NCBI GenBank assembly: GCA_048938445.1
Contig: JBHLME010000002.1
Span: 6,662-70,661 of the forward strand
From: Promethearchaeota archaeon
Lineage (GTDB): Archaea > Asgardarchaeota > Lokiarchaeia > Sigyniarchaeales > SOKP01
Reading direction: 5' to 3'
DNA: 64,000 bases
Shown here piece after piece: positions 1 through 10,527 of the stretch (the stretch's first letter is position 1; each line of letters begins with the position of its first letter). The position numbers and the translations under genes were made by a program. The notes beneath the pieces are model-generated. The model made no database searches. It was not told where the DNA came from and saw nothing but the letters and a program-made list of their open reading frames with translations.

Positions 1-48
1 TTCATCAAATAATAAAGTTATCTCTTCATAAAACTCATTTTTTCTCAT
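1..48 (-). CDS. Possible 5' start of a gene running off the left edge (MRKNEFYEEITLLFDE...)
   Basis: ATG at 48-46 with an open frame to position 1; too short to identify. Confidence 0.3.
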   Translation of the reverse strand, partial: MRKNEFYEEITLLFDE

Positions 49-383
49 ATTAGGATGAAATTTTAATTGTTTTTAAGTTTCAATAAATATAAAATATAAT
101 TTTATTAAATAATCCCCCCCTACTTCTATATTACAATATACAATTTTTCGCTTTATATATTATATCTAAAACCAAAACTAATCCAAAATTCAAGTAATAA
201 ATCTAATTATTACAAATATTTGATTTGATCCTGAATTTTTAAGCTATAGGATAATAAGATAGAAATTCTAATTAAATTCTTCGATTATAATCATTAATTT
301 ACTTAATATTTATTATTATATTTATATTAACTCTATGAAAAATAAAAACATAAATAAGAAAATTAAGATTATTAAGATATCTC

Positions 384-932
384 ATGTCTAATGAAATGAA
401 AATTTATTCGGAACAAGACCTTACTGAAATCTTATCACTAGCAAAAAATAAAGAAGATCGAGATTACATGCTTTTCTTGCTTTTAATTTGTACTGGGATG
501 AGGCTTGAAGAATGTCTTACTATAAAGATTGAAAATGTTGATTTAAAACAATGTATTGTAAAAACAACATTCAATGATATAAATTTAGTGGATTATTTTT
601 TTCCAAGCACACTTGAACCATTATTAACCTCTTATATTGAAGGAATAAATCAAAAATCTCCTTGGATTTTTCCAGAAAGAGATTTTAAATCACATTTAAC
701 ATCTAAATCTATAATAAAATATGTAAAAAAAGAATATAATGCCAAGTATGCAAAATTTGAGAGATTTAGAAATACATTAATCGCAGGTTTTAAAACAAGA
801 GAATGGTTAGATCATGAGATAATTAATGCTTTTTTTCATTATAAAGATGTCTCTATTAATGCTTATAATTTAGATAAATTGAGATATTATTATGATCGTG
901 CATTTCCATTTTACTATCTCATTATAGATTAA
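384..932 (+). CDS. Tyrosine recombinase/integrase-like protein (catalytic domain only, degenerate active site)
   Basis: RDYMLFLLLICTGMRLEE box I; FERFRNT in place of HxxR; FFH in place of LGH; only 182 aa. Confidence 0.75.
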   Translation: MSNEMKIYSEQDLTEILSLAKNKEDRDYMLFLLLICTGMRLEECLTIKIENVDLKQCIVKTTFNDINLVDYFFPSTLEPLLTSYIEGINQKSPWIFPERDFKSHLTSKSIIKYVKKEYNAKYAKFERFRNTLIAGFKTREWLDHEIINAFFHYKDVSINAYNLDKLRYYYDRAFPFYYLIID

Positions 933-948
933 GTGAGAGATTTATAAT

Positions 949-2574
949 TTATGAAAAATATTTTTTAATGAATTCTTGACGTGAAAATTCTGGATCTTGT
1001 CCATTATTTAAAATAAAATCTTCATACATTTTATAAAGTGCTGCCATTTCTCGGTATAAGTCAACATATATTTCATTTGGATGAATTATTTCACTTTCTT
1101 GAAGTTTCAAGAAATCATTCGTAATTTCGTTCCATCCTTTTTTTTCCCCTTTCAAGTCATAGTAAGACTTTGCACTTCTAAATGCTGCTCCTAAAGCAGC
1201 AGAATCGGTAATTTGTGCTTTTTTAATTTTTGAATTAAATATGTTTGCAGCAACTTGTAAAATTTCTTTATTTGTGGAAGCACCACCAGTGGCAAGAATA
1301 ATATTTGGTTTTTCTTCAATCCAATTTGCATGTACTTTCATAGATAAGAATTTTGATTCGATAATACCCCTTACATTTCCATTCACATCACTCTCATCAA
1401 ATCCAAAACGATAAATACCTGGTTCGAGCACTGATGGTACGATTTCCGGATGAAAATATGCAAGCATTATTTTTCCATAATTACCGGGAGGTGTATCTTC
1501 TAAAATATTGGAAAAAGTACGCCAGTCGAGGTTATACATTTCCTTTATTGTCTCTCGTGCTAAAGAACCATTTTTATAACATATCAGACTCATGTAATCT
1601 CCCGTAGGTGCTCCAAATACATGCCCCTCTCCTTTTAAATCTAAATATAAATTTTTCAAATATCCAAAATATGTATCACTAGTTCCTAAACTAATTGCTA
1701 CTTTTCCTTTTTCTGTTAATCCAACACCTATTAAACTATTTTGATTATCTCCAGACCAAGCAATAATTTTAGTATTTGAATTGAAACCATATTTCTCAAT
1801 GAAATAATTTGAGATATTACCAATCACTTTATTCGATGGAACAAGAGAAGGTAACTTATCCTTCAAGTTTGGTGCCGTTGCGTTTAAAGCTTTCTCATCC
1901 CAACTTTTAGAATTTATATTCATTAAATTCATCCCAGCACCATCTCCGTGATCTATAGGGGCATTTTTTCCAATCAACAGTGATGCCATAAATGAACTAA
2001 CAAGGTGAATTATATCAGTATGTTTATACTTTTCATAATCTTCTTGAAAAAACTTTCTTATCTGGGGACCTGAAAATCGCTCAAAAGTGTTTGATCCAGT
2101 GAGTAAAATAGTATTTTTTAATCCTCCAAGATGTTCACGAATTTGTTTACACTGCTCAGTAGTACTAGAATCCATCCAAATAGGACTTGTTTCCCTAGTA
2201 AATGCTTCTCTTATTTGTTCAGAAATTAATTCAATTGGATTCAAACTTGAAAGAATGCTTTTAAATTTTCTATTTAAATAAACAGTTCCATGCTGTTGCC
2301 CTGAACCTGAAATTGCTTTAATATTATATATTGCGAATTCCTTTTGAATCAAATTATTAAATAATAGATTTAAAGCATCAACCCACATTAATGGATAAGA
2401 ATGAACTACTCTTTCATTATCAAAAAAAATAACCCCGTTTTTTGTTTTGTATTGAGGTAAATCTTTCTCATAAATAATTTGTTCCCGATAAATTACTTCT
2501 TTTTTATGAAAATTAATAATTAATCCAGTTAAACTTTGGGTAGAACAATCAATTCCTAAAAATAAGTCGCTCAT
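949..2574 (-). CDS. xylB: Xylulokinase (FGGY family, eukaryote XYLB/Xks1-like subtype)
   Basis: LGIDCSTQSL, SGSGQQHG, PIWMDSST, ERFSGPQIRK, LVSSFMASL, SLGTSDT, TGGAS motifs. Confidence 0.85.
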   Translation of the reverse strand: MSDLFLGIDCSTQSLTGLIINFHKKEVIYREQIIYEKDLPQYKTKNGVIFFDNERVVHSYPLMWVDALNLLFNNLIQKEFAIYNIKAISGSGQQHGTVYLNRKFKSILSSLNPIELISEQIREAFTRETSPIWMDSSTTEQCKQIREHLGGLKNTILLTGSNTFERFSGPQIRKFFQEDYEKYKHTDIIHLVSSFMASLLIGKNAPIDHGDGAGMNLMNINSKSWDEKALNATAPNLKDKLPSLVPSNKVIGNISNYFIEKYGFNSNTKIIAWSGDNQNSLIGVGLTEKGKVAISLGTSDTYFGYLKNLYLDLKGEGHVFGAPTGDYMSLICYKNGSLARETIKEMYNLDWRTFSNILEDTPPGNYGKIMLAYFHPEIVPSVLEPGIYRFGFDESDVNGNVRGIIESKFLSMKVHANWIEEKPNIILATGGASTNKEILQVAANIFNSKIKKAQITDSAALGAAFRSAKSYYDLKGEKKGWNEITNDFLKLQESEIIHPNEIYVDLYREMAALYKMYEDFILNNGQDPEFSRQEFIKKYFS

Positions 2575-2603
2575 GATAATATATAATGATTTTTATTAAA
2601 ATT

Positions 2604-4667
2604 TCATGTTAAATTAAATGATATTGTTAATAAATCATCTTCTTTAGATGAGGGACCAACCTTAGCCTCATAATCAATTTGTTCAATGATCCATTGATTC
2701 AAGTTTGGATCATAATAAGCTAGATCTTTTATTTTAAGGATAATAGTCGCTGTTTTTGTCTCTCGAGAATTAATATAGATTTTAGTAAATCCTTTTAATT
2801 CCTTAACAGGACGATCTACTTTAGAATTTTTATAACTAATATATAATTGAATTATTTCTTCCCCTGCTTTATTTCCATTATTCGTTATATCCACGCTAAA
2901 CTCTATTTTATTGTTCTTATTTATTGTTTCTTTATTTAATCGAATATTTTTATATGAATATGACGTATAACTTAATCCAAAACCAAATGGGAATGCGGGG
3001 TCAAGTCCTTTTTTATCCATCAATTTATATCCATGATAATATTCATAATGAATAGATTTTGTAGAACTGTCAAAGTAAGGGAGCTGATTTTCAGATTTGG
3101 GAAATACTATCGGTAATTTTGCACAAGGATTAACATCACCAAATAAAATCTCACCAAGTGCTGTTCCGCCTTCCATTCCAGGATACCAAGCTATGAGTAT
3201 TGCAAGGACATTCTTTTTCCACGGTTCCATTATGATAGATGAACCCCCCTCTAGAATTACAATACAATTCTTATTAATTGATGATATTTTAGTTATTAAA
3301 GTTTCATCTTTATCGTTTAACCTAAGTGAACTTCTATCCCCTCCTTTAGGTGGAACATGTTCTCCTTCATCCTTATAAGTATAACCTACGACGATAATCA
3401 CGATATCCGAAATTCGAGCTATGTTAATTAACTCATCAATTTTATTATTACTATTATATAAAACTTGAATCTTTTTTCCAGCACTTTGCTCAATACCTTT
3501 AAGTGGGGTGATTACATAAGGAGGATAAACATTACTACTTCCATGATCTCCTAAATTTGGCACATCTGCTAGCTTTCCAATCACAGCAATTTTATTTATT
3601 GATTCTCGGTTTAACGGAAGTATATTTTCATCATTTTTTAATAGAACAATACTCTTTCTAGCAGCTTCTAGAGCTAATTGAACATGCTCTTTACTCACAA
3701 TCCTCCCTTTTTTGTAGATTTCTGGATCTCCATCATGAGCATATTTAAGTTTCATTTTTATTATTCTATTTACTGCATCATCTACTTGTTCTTCATCGAT
3801 TTTTCCTCTTTCTAAGTATTTCAATAATTTTTTAGGTTTCATGTGGATTTGAAACGGCATTTCTATATCTACACCTGCATTGACTGCTGCAGCTCCATCC
3901 CGAATTCCAAAAATAAAATCCGTTATTACAAAGCCTTTAAATTTCCATTCATTTTTTAAAATATCACGTAACAAATGAGCATTATGGCCACAATACTCCC
4001 CATTAATTTTATTATATGCGCTCATAATAGAAGCAACTCCTGCCTCAACACATTTCTTAAAATGCCAGAGATATACTTCTCGCAATGTGCGTTCATCTAT
4101 CTTTACATCAACCTTGAATCTCGTGTTCTCCAAGCTATTGCAAGCATAATGCTTTGCGCATGCCATTACGTGGTTTTGAACTCCTTTTATTAAAGCCTCT
4201 CCAAAAGCTCCAAGATGGAAAGAATCTTCACCATAAGTTTCCTGAGCTCTACCCCAAGCTGGATGACGAAGTAAATTTATACAGACACCTCCGAAAAAAT
4301 TTGCACCTTGAGATTTTGCTTCTATTCCTATAATATTTCCAATTTTTTCTTCCAATTCTAAATCCCACGATGCCCCTCTCGCCATTGAGACGGGAAAACA
4401 AGTAGAATTTCCCATTACAACTCCTCGTGGTCCATCAGAAAAATAAATTCCTGGAATTCCTAATTCCTTATCTTCTCCAGCAGGAATTGGTTTACTATTA
4501 TATCTTAATAACATTTTAGGTCCTTCTTTTACTAATGTGCCATCACCAGACATTTGCCATACTTTTTCTTCAAGCGTCATAATAGAAAGAATTTTTTTTG
4601 ACTTTTCTTCTATTTCATTATCAGATAAATTCGCTAATTCCTTCCAATTTATGGTTCTCTTCTCCAC
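2604..4667 (-). CDS. GH3 beta-glucosidase/beta-xylosidase with C-terminal Fn3-like domain
   Basis: DGPRG, WGRAQETYGED, KHYACN, MSAYNK, ITD nucleophile, FPFGFGLSYT, KELKGF. Confidence 0.92.
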   Translation of the reverse strand: MEKRTINWKELANLSDNEIEEKSKKILSIMTLEEKVWQMSGDGTLVKEGPKMLLRYNSKPIPAGEDKELGIPGIYFSDGPRGVVMGNSTCFPVSMARGASWDLELEEKIGNIIGIEAKSQGANFFGGVCINLLRHPAWGRAQETYGEDSFHLGAFGEALIKGVQNHVMACAKHYACNSLENTRFKVDVKIDERTLREVYLWHFKKCVEAGVASIMSAYNKINGEYCGHNAHLLRDILKNEWKFKGFVITDFIFGIRDGAAAVNAGVDIEMPFQIHMKPKKLLKYLERGKIDEEQVDDAVNRIIKMKLKYAHDGDPEIYKKGRIVSKEHVQLALEAARKSIVLLKNDENILPLNRESINKIAVIGKLADVPNLGDHGSSNVYPPYVITPLKGIEQSAGKKIQVLYNSNNKIDELINIARISDIVIIVVGYTYKDEGEHVPPKGGDRSSLRLNDKDETLITKISSINKNCIVILEGGSSIIMEPWKKNVLAILIAWYPGMEGGTALGEILFGDVNPCAKLPIVFPKSENQLPYFDSSTKSIHYEYYHGYKLMDKKGLDPAFPFGFGLSYTSYSYKNIRLNKETINKNNKIEFSVDITNNGNKAGEEIIQLYISYKNSKVDRPVKELKGFTKIYINSRETKTATIILKIKDLAYYDPNLNQWIIEQIDYEAKVGPSSKEDDLLTISFNLT

Positions 4668-4785
4668 TTTCGAAATTCACCAGTTGAATTCATACTTTAT
4701 GTACTTTATTATATTAAAAATTATAAATCCACTTATCTTTTTAATTTTTAAATTGAATCCATCATTATTCATATTGACAATACAA

Positions 4786-7089
4786 ATGGTTGATTTCGAA
4801 GATTTTTTAAACTATATCAAATCAGAAGATTATTATAATAATCAAATATCTCATGTGCAACACATTCCTAAAAGAGACGCACGATATGGTGAGTTAAATA
4901 AACCTTTAAATAAGCGATTGCAACTCTGGTTAAAAAATAATGATATAAAATTTTGGCAACACCAAGCTGAGGCAATAAATTCGATAAGAAAAAGACAGAA
5001 TACTGTAATCGTTACATCAACCGCTTCTGGAAAATCCCTGTGTTATAATTTACCTGTTTTAAATTCTATATTGAAAAATGAAAAAACAACTGCATTGTAT
5101 GTCTTTCCTACGAAAGCTTTGGCACGAGATCAATTTTTAACGTTATTTAAAATGATGGAAGAAACAAATATAAAACGCACTCGGCTTGGTATTTATGATG
5201 GATCCATAGATTCCAATGAAAAGCGAAAGGTACTAGACAATGCGAACATAATTATCACGAATCCATATGGTCTTCACCTTTACCTTCCATGGTTCAAGCA
5301 AAAATGGTATAGAATTTGTCATAATTTAAAATATATTGTCTTGGATGAAATTCATATTTATAATGGAATATTTGGATCAAATTTTGCTCTTTTATTAAGA
5401 AGATTGAAAAGAATTTTAGACTCGTTTGGCGTCAAACCACATTGGATGCTATCAAGTGCCACTATCAAGAATTCTAAAGCATTTGCAGAAAAGTTAATTG
5501 GTGAAAAATTTGTGGTTATTAATAAGGATTATGCTCCTTCCGGTCCAAAAAAAATAATTTTATGGGATTTACCATTTGACGAGATTACGGGAAAATATCG
5601 GTCTTCACATCAAGAAACAAAGAATTTATATCTTACTCACTTGAAAATGGGAATTCAAACTCTTACCTTTACATTATCAAGGAAGATGGCTGAACTACAA
5701 GCAATATGGACTAAAGAATCATTACCTCAAATAAAAGAAAAGATTGTAAGTTATCGAGCAGGAATTAGCAAGAAAAAGAGAAGGGAAATAGAGTATAAAT
5801 TAAAGCAAAAAGAAATTCTTGGAGTTAGTTCTACAAACGCCCTCGAGTTGGGAATTGATATAGGTTCATTAGACGCTATAATTTGTTCGGGATTTCCTGG
5901 AACACTCTCAAGTTTTTGGCAGCAGATCGGGAGATCTGGGAGAGGTGAAAATACCTCAGTTGCGACGTTAATGCCAATGCAAAATCCACTTGATCTTTTT
6001 TACATCCACAATCCGGACATTCTCTTTGGCCCCATCAAGGAAGAGGTTCTGATAACCTTAAAAAATAAATATATTATTAAAAATCATTTAAGTTGTGCAG
6101 CAAAAGAAATTCCACTAATGCTTAATGATTATAAAAAATTTGGAATTGAAGAGAAAAGCTTGTTTAAGTCATGCATTGAAGAATTAATTTCTGAGTCTTT
6201 ACTCATGAAGCGGGGAGAGAAATTTTATTGGAAAGGTGATTTCTTTCCTAACGAGAAATATGGTTTGAATAATCTTTCCACTCGAAGTTATAACGTTATT
6301 TTACGGAGTTTAGGGCGGGAAGAATTACTTACGACTGAAGATGAGAGTTATGTTTTACGAGACTTGCATCTCGGAGCAATATATCTTTATGAAGCTGAAA
6401 CTTATTTAGTAGAAGAATTGGATTTACTTGATAGAAAAGTTTACATAAAAAAAACTAATGCGGATTTTTATACACAATCATTAAAACACACGGATATAAC
6501 ACCTATTGAAGTTATATCACAAGATTCAAGTAAAAATATTAAAAAATTATTTGGAAATGTAAAAGTCGAGCATGAATATTATTCATATAAAGTTATTGAC
6601 ACTCTCACGCAAGAAATCCGTGCCCGTAATCCTCTAGAAGATTTACCTATTATTGAATTTGATACTCAATCCACGTGGTTTTTAATTCCTTTTGAATATC
6701 AAAAGGGGTTAGAATTAGCAGGGCATGATCTAGGAGGTACAATACACGCGATCGAGCATGCGATGATTGCAATGGCACCCGCCTTAGCCCAAATCTCACG
6801 CTGGGATCTTGGGGGCGTTTCTATCGATTTTGATCCCGTCAACCAACAACCAATAATTTACATCTACGATGCATACAAGGGGGGTATTGGTATATCTGAA
6901 CTATTATATAATGATTTAAATGATCTCTTAATACTCGCTCAAATGTTAATTAAATCATGTAATTGTAAAACTTCAAATGGTTGTCCTGCCTGTATCATGT
7001 CACCTAAATGTGGCAATAATAATGAGCCATTAGATAAGCAAGGCGCTTTATTCTTATTACAGAAGCTTATAGAGAATAAAAAAGATTAA
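4786..7089 (+). CDS. DEAD/DEAH-box helicase with C-terminal DUF1998 Zn domain (Hrq1/MrfA-like)
   Basis: TASGKS, PTKALARDQ, DEIH, SAT, ALELGIDIG, QQIGRSGR, HAIEH, CNC..GCPAC..SPKCGN; start moved to ATG 4786 because the ORF-track extension overlaps the GH3 gene. Confidence 0.9.
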   Translation: MVDFEDFLNYIKSEDYYNNQISHVQHIPKRDARYGELNKPLNKRLQLWLKNNDIKFWQHQAEAINSIRKRQNTVIVTSTASGKSLCYNLPVLNSILKNEKTTALYVFPTKALARDQFLTLFKMMEETNIKRTRLGIYDGSIDSNEKRKVLDNANIIITNPYGLHLYLPWFKQKWYRICHNLKYIVLDEIHIYNGIFGSNFALLLRRLKRILDSFGVKPHWMLSSATIKNSKAFAEKLIGEKFVVINKDYAPSGPKKIILWDLPFDEITGKYRSSHQETKNLYLTHLKMGIQTLTFTLSRKMAELQAIWTKESLPQIKEKIVSYRAGISKKKRREIEYKLKQKEILGVSSTNALELGIDIGSLDAIICSGFPGTLSSFWQQIGRSGRGENTSVATLMPMQNPLDLFYIHNPDILFGPIKEEVLITLKNKYIIKNHLSCAAKEIPLMLNDYKKFGIEEKSLFKSCIEELISESLLMKRGEKFYWKGDFFPNEKYGLNNLSTRSYNVILRSLGREELLTTEDESYVLRDLHLGAIYLYEAETYLVEELDLLDRKVYIKKTNADFYTQSLKHTDITPIEVISQDSSKNIKKLFGNVKVEHEYYSYKVIDTLTQEIRARNPLEDLPIIEFDTQSTWFLIPFEYQKGLELAGHDLGGTIHAIEHAMIAMAPALAQISRWDLGGVSIDFDPVNQQPIIYIYDAYKGGIGISELLYNDLNDLLILAQMLIKSCNCKTSNGCPACIMSPKCGNNNEPLDKQGALFLLQKLIENKKD

Positions 7090-7167
7090 GATAAATTTAA
7101 AATAATTTAATTTTGAAAGAATAATGGCTTTAATTATAAAATAAATAAAAATAGATAAGAAATATAT

Positions 7168-9234
7168 TCATTTAACTTTCAATTTAGCAATTTTCTTATC
7201 AATCTCCTTATTCAAGGTTTTGAGTTCATTTTCTAACTTATTAATCTCAGTAGAGATGGTTTCAAATCGATTTTCTTGAGTAGTAAGTTTAGATACATAT
7301 TTTTCCCTTAATTTTGTCTCTTGGGTGGTATCTTTTAAAACAGAAATGTTTTCCCGTAACCGTGATTGTTCTTCTGTCATTTCATATTTTTCACTTTCAA
7401 GTGTATTTTTTTTTGTTTCTAATTCGTTTTTCTTTCCTATCAGCTCTCCAATATCTTTTAACTGGGCTTCTATTTTCTCATCAATGAATTTTTGTTTTAC
7501 ATAAAACGCTACACGCTTCAATAATTCGTCTTTTGAGTAATTATAAATGTAATATGAGCTATAATTTTCGCATCTTTCTCGAATTTTGAACGTAACAGCA
7601 TCCTTCGGCTTGAGATTTAATTTGAAACGCCAATAATTCGAAGTTTCCTCGGGTTTAATAGGACTTTCTTCAATTTTGTAATTTGGCTTTTTAGGATGGT
7701 CAATATAAAGTTCTTTTTCTTCAGCACTCTTGCTTTTAATTTTGTAGATTGTAACTAAATCCGTATAATAGTATTCATAACAATAGGATGAGGATATCTC
7801 AAGCCGATGAACTGTTTGACTGCGCTCCTTATCCTCATGCTCTATTATAACAGCTTGCTCTATTGCGTAATTCAGGAGTCGAGTATCATCCTTGTTTAGG
7901 AAGGGTATGATGGCTTCTCCTGCGAGATTATTGTCATATATAATCGTGCATGGACCACGCTCTAAGGTTAGCTCTGTATTGTTGGTTATTTCAAGACAAG
8001 CATTTGGATTTTTATCGTGCTCTATTTTATTAAAAAGCAAAATTTTCTTTGCTTTGATCTCTTCAGTCAATATCGGAACCAACGCACTGTTTTTTCTTTT
8101 GATAGTCACTGGATTTGAAATGTTATATTCGAAAAGTTCGCCCAAATCCTTGGATGTGGTTTGAGTTTGGGTCTTGATTTTATCCATTATCGATGAATCT
8201 GATAATCCTCCCGCATATCCAAACCCTGATGGAGCTTCCATTGCTGCTGGAGATGGAGCGGGAAGAGGAACCATCGCTTTTCTTAAAGATTTTTCAGCTG
8301 CTCTTTTTCTTGGAGCCATATCATAGGTTTTTTCTTCCGCTAAATACTCATCAAAATCATCTATTTCCAATCCCTCTTCTATTTCGGTTGGTTTTGCACT
8401 TAATACTTTTGGAGGGTGTATAATTGGTCTTTCAATGAAAATCGGTCGAAAAAACTCGTAAATAAAAGATACAGGCATTCCAGCAACTAAAGAAAGTTCA
8501 ATGTCCTCCCAGTCATTATTCGTTGTATTTTCAACCATGCACCAACCAGATAACAAGCATTTTTCTTCTAAAGCCTGTTGCTTGCTCATTATCAAGCGAT
8601 AGGATGTCTTCCAAATTGGGCTTTCCCTTATGTAACTCACGATGATTTTGCGTTGAACCGTGTTATTTCCACCTGATTCGCAATTTATCACTATCTTCTT
8701 CGCATCCTTTTTCTTTCCCGCAATGGTTGTATCTAGAAAAAATCTCAAGTCTTTTTTAAGGTCCTCATTCACTATTTCAAACGAATTTATTTCAGTAAAA
8801 GGGATTTTCGTGATAATAGTATCATCTTTCATCAAAATTAATAATTTTTCAGTTATTTTTCCTTCCTTATTTAACTTTTCTATAAATTCTATACCCATTA
8901 CAGTTCCAGATACCTTTTCCGAACTCCCTATCATGAGATTGACTCTTGCTCCCTTAATTTGAGTAATGAGCGATGAAAAAGAATCCTTATCAGGAATGTT
9001 TAGCATGATTGACTTTAGCATTTGTGTTGTTTCAAGAGCAGCATCATAAGAAATCGAGGAAATAAAACCCTTATCACTTGTATCCATTACAAATAGCGAT
9101 TTTAAAATGTCGTTCATCTCCTTGATCTTGAATTCAAGCTCGAAAGTGCCGTTTCCCTTCATTTTACCTTCTAAAATGAAATACGATACCCCATGTTTGA
9201 ACATTATGACTTTTTTCACGTTTAGTTTTGACAT
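7168..9234 (-). CDS. DUF4139-family protein with C-terminal coiled coil
   Basis: KVIMFKHGV N-terminus, SYIRESPIWKTSYRL, VENTTNNDW..LSLVAG motifs; heptad-rich last ~100 aa. Confidence 0.7.
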   Translation of the reverse strand: MSKLNVKKVIMFKHGVSYFILEGKMKGNGTFELEFKIKEMNDILKSLFVMDTSDKGFISSISYDAALETTQMLKSIMLNIPDKDSFSSLITQIKGARVNLMIGSSEKVSGTVMGIEFIEKLNKEGKITEKLLILMKDDTIITKIPFTEINSFEIVNEDLKKDLRFFLDTTIAGKKKDAKKIVINCESGGNNTVQRKIIVSYIRESPIWKTSYRLIMSKQQALEEKCLLSGWCMVENTTNNDWEDIELSLVAGMPVSFIYEFFRPIFIERPIIHPPKVLSAKPTEIEEGLEIDDFDEYLAEEKTYDMAPRKRAAEKSLRKAMVPLPAPSPAAMEAPSGFGYAGGLSDSSIMDKIKTQTQTTSKDLGELFEYNISNPVTIKRKNSALVPILTEEIKAKKILLFNKIEHDKNPNACLEITNNTELTLERGPCTIIYDNNLAGEAIIPFLNKDDTRLLNYAIEQAVIIEHEDKERSQTVHRLEISSSYCYEYYYTDLVTIYKIKSKSAEEKELYIDHPKKPNYKIEESPIKPEETSNYWRFKLNLKPKDAVTFKIRERCENYSSYYIYNYSKDELLKRVAFYVKQKFIDEKIEAQLKDIGELIGKKNELETKKNTLESEKYEMTEEQSRLRENISVLKDTTQETKLREKYVSKLTTQENRFETISTEINKLENELKTLNKEIDKKIAKLKVK

Positions 9235-9639
9235 ATTGATGACTTTTTTTTAAGTTTAATAAAAAACAATATGAATCCATTTTATTTATGTTTTATTTGC
9301 TAAATTATCATAAAGTAGCAATTAAGCTAATATTTTATCCTTAATTTAAGATGAGAGTGATTAGATAAAAAAGAGTATTGTTTTATTGAGAAAATTTACA
9401 GATTAATCTCCTTACCGCTAAAAAAATAACTTAATAATTCCTAATACATAATATTCGAAAATAAAACTGTTTTAAGGTGTAATTGATACCGGCAAGTGCC
9501 TTCTTAAGATGTCGAGAGAAGAATTATTAATTTGAGTCGACTCTAAGATTGATCACTTCAATTGATTTTTTTTATAAACATTAAAATTTTTATATTTAGA
9601 ATTTATATTGGTAATAAGTATTATTTTTATTAAGTTATC

Positions 9640-10167
9640 ATGACTTTTGAAAGGACCTTTAAGGTCATTATTTTTGGAGATGCTGGTACTGGAAAGACTA
9701 CTTTAACTCATAGATTTTTGACTAATTTATTTTTACCAAATGCAGCTTCTACTATTGGAGTTGAATTTCAATTAAAATTGCTCGAAATCGATGAAAAGAA
9801 AATTAAACTTCAGATTTGGGATTTTGCGGGAGAAGAAAGATTTCGATTTCTATTACCTTCATATGTTAAGGGAGCAAGTGGAGCCGTCTACATGTATGAC
9901 ATAACAAACTATTCCTCCTTAGCTCATGTGGATGATTGGTTCTCAATAGTTGATAAATACAAAACTGTCCCCAATCTTCCTGTAATTTTTATTGGAGGGA
10001 AGACAGATCTTAATCATTATAAAGAAGTATCAACTAAAAAAGCAATGGAAATTGCAAAGTCTAAAAATGCCCAAGGATTTATTGAATGTAGTAGTAAAAC
10101 GGGTGAAAATGTCAATATAATATTTGATTTATTAGCCAGGAAAATTCTTGAAATAGTCGAGAAATAG
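9640..10167 (+). CDS. Rab-like small GTPase
   Basis: GDAGTGKT, TIGVEF, WDFAGEERF, GGKTD, CSSK. Confidence 0.9.
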   Translation: MTFERTFKVIIFGDAGTGKTTLTHRFLTNLFLPNAASTIGVEFQLKLLEIDEKKIKLQIWDFAGEERFRFLLPSYVKGASGAVYMYDITNYSSLAHVDDWFSIVDKYKTVPNLPVIFIGGKTDLNHYKEVSTKKAMEIAKSKNAQGFIECSSKTGENVNIIFDLLARKILEIVEK

Positions 10168-10311
10168 ACAAATTTTTATTTTCAATCATATAAAATCAAT
10201 TTAAAATATTAACAGTTTATTAAATATTTACATGTTAAATTTAAATTTCACTTAAAAAAGAATATATATGATACATTTTATTATATTATAATAATTTGGT
10301 GATTAAGTAAC

Positions 10312-10527
10312 ATGAGCATAGAAAAATTAGAAGAAGAAATAGATAAACTTCAAGATGAAAGAGAAAGCCTCGAAGAAAATTGTGATACTTTAGATCTATG
10401 TAAAGAAGATGATGGATGTAGTAAATGCGATATTTTCAAAAAAATTGATGCAATCGACGAAAAAATAGAAGAGTTGGAAGAAAAAATAGAAGATTTAATG
10501 GAAGACGATGAAGAAGACGATGAATAA
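10312..10527 (+). CDS. Small acidic coiled-coil protein with a central 4-Cys cluster
   Basis: GGTGA SD-like motif upstream; two heptad arms flank C-x5-C-x5-C-x2-C. Confidence 0.7.
   Translation: MSIEKLEEEIDKLQDERESLEENCDTLDLCKEDDGCSKCDIFKKIDAIDEKIEELEEKIEDLMEDDEEDDE

Noticed and set aside
4537-4785. 83-aa N-terminal extension of the helicase in the ORF track
   Set aside because: It overlaps the GH3 gene on the opposite strand and the AT-rich divergent promoter; helicase-like sequence starts at ATG 4786.
9473-9565. Small hairpins/palindromes (GGTGT..ATACC, GGCAAGTGCC, GAGTCGACTC) upstream of the first Rab-like gene
   Set aside because: The stems are short with no coherent overall fold; could be chance.
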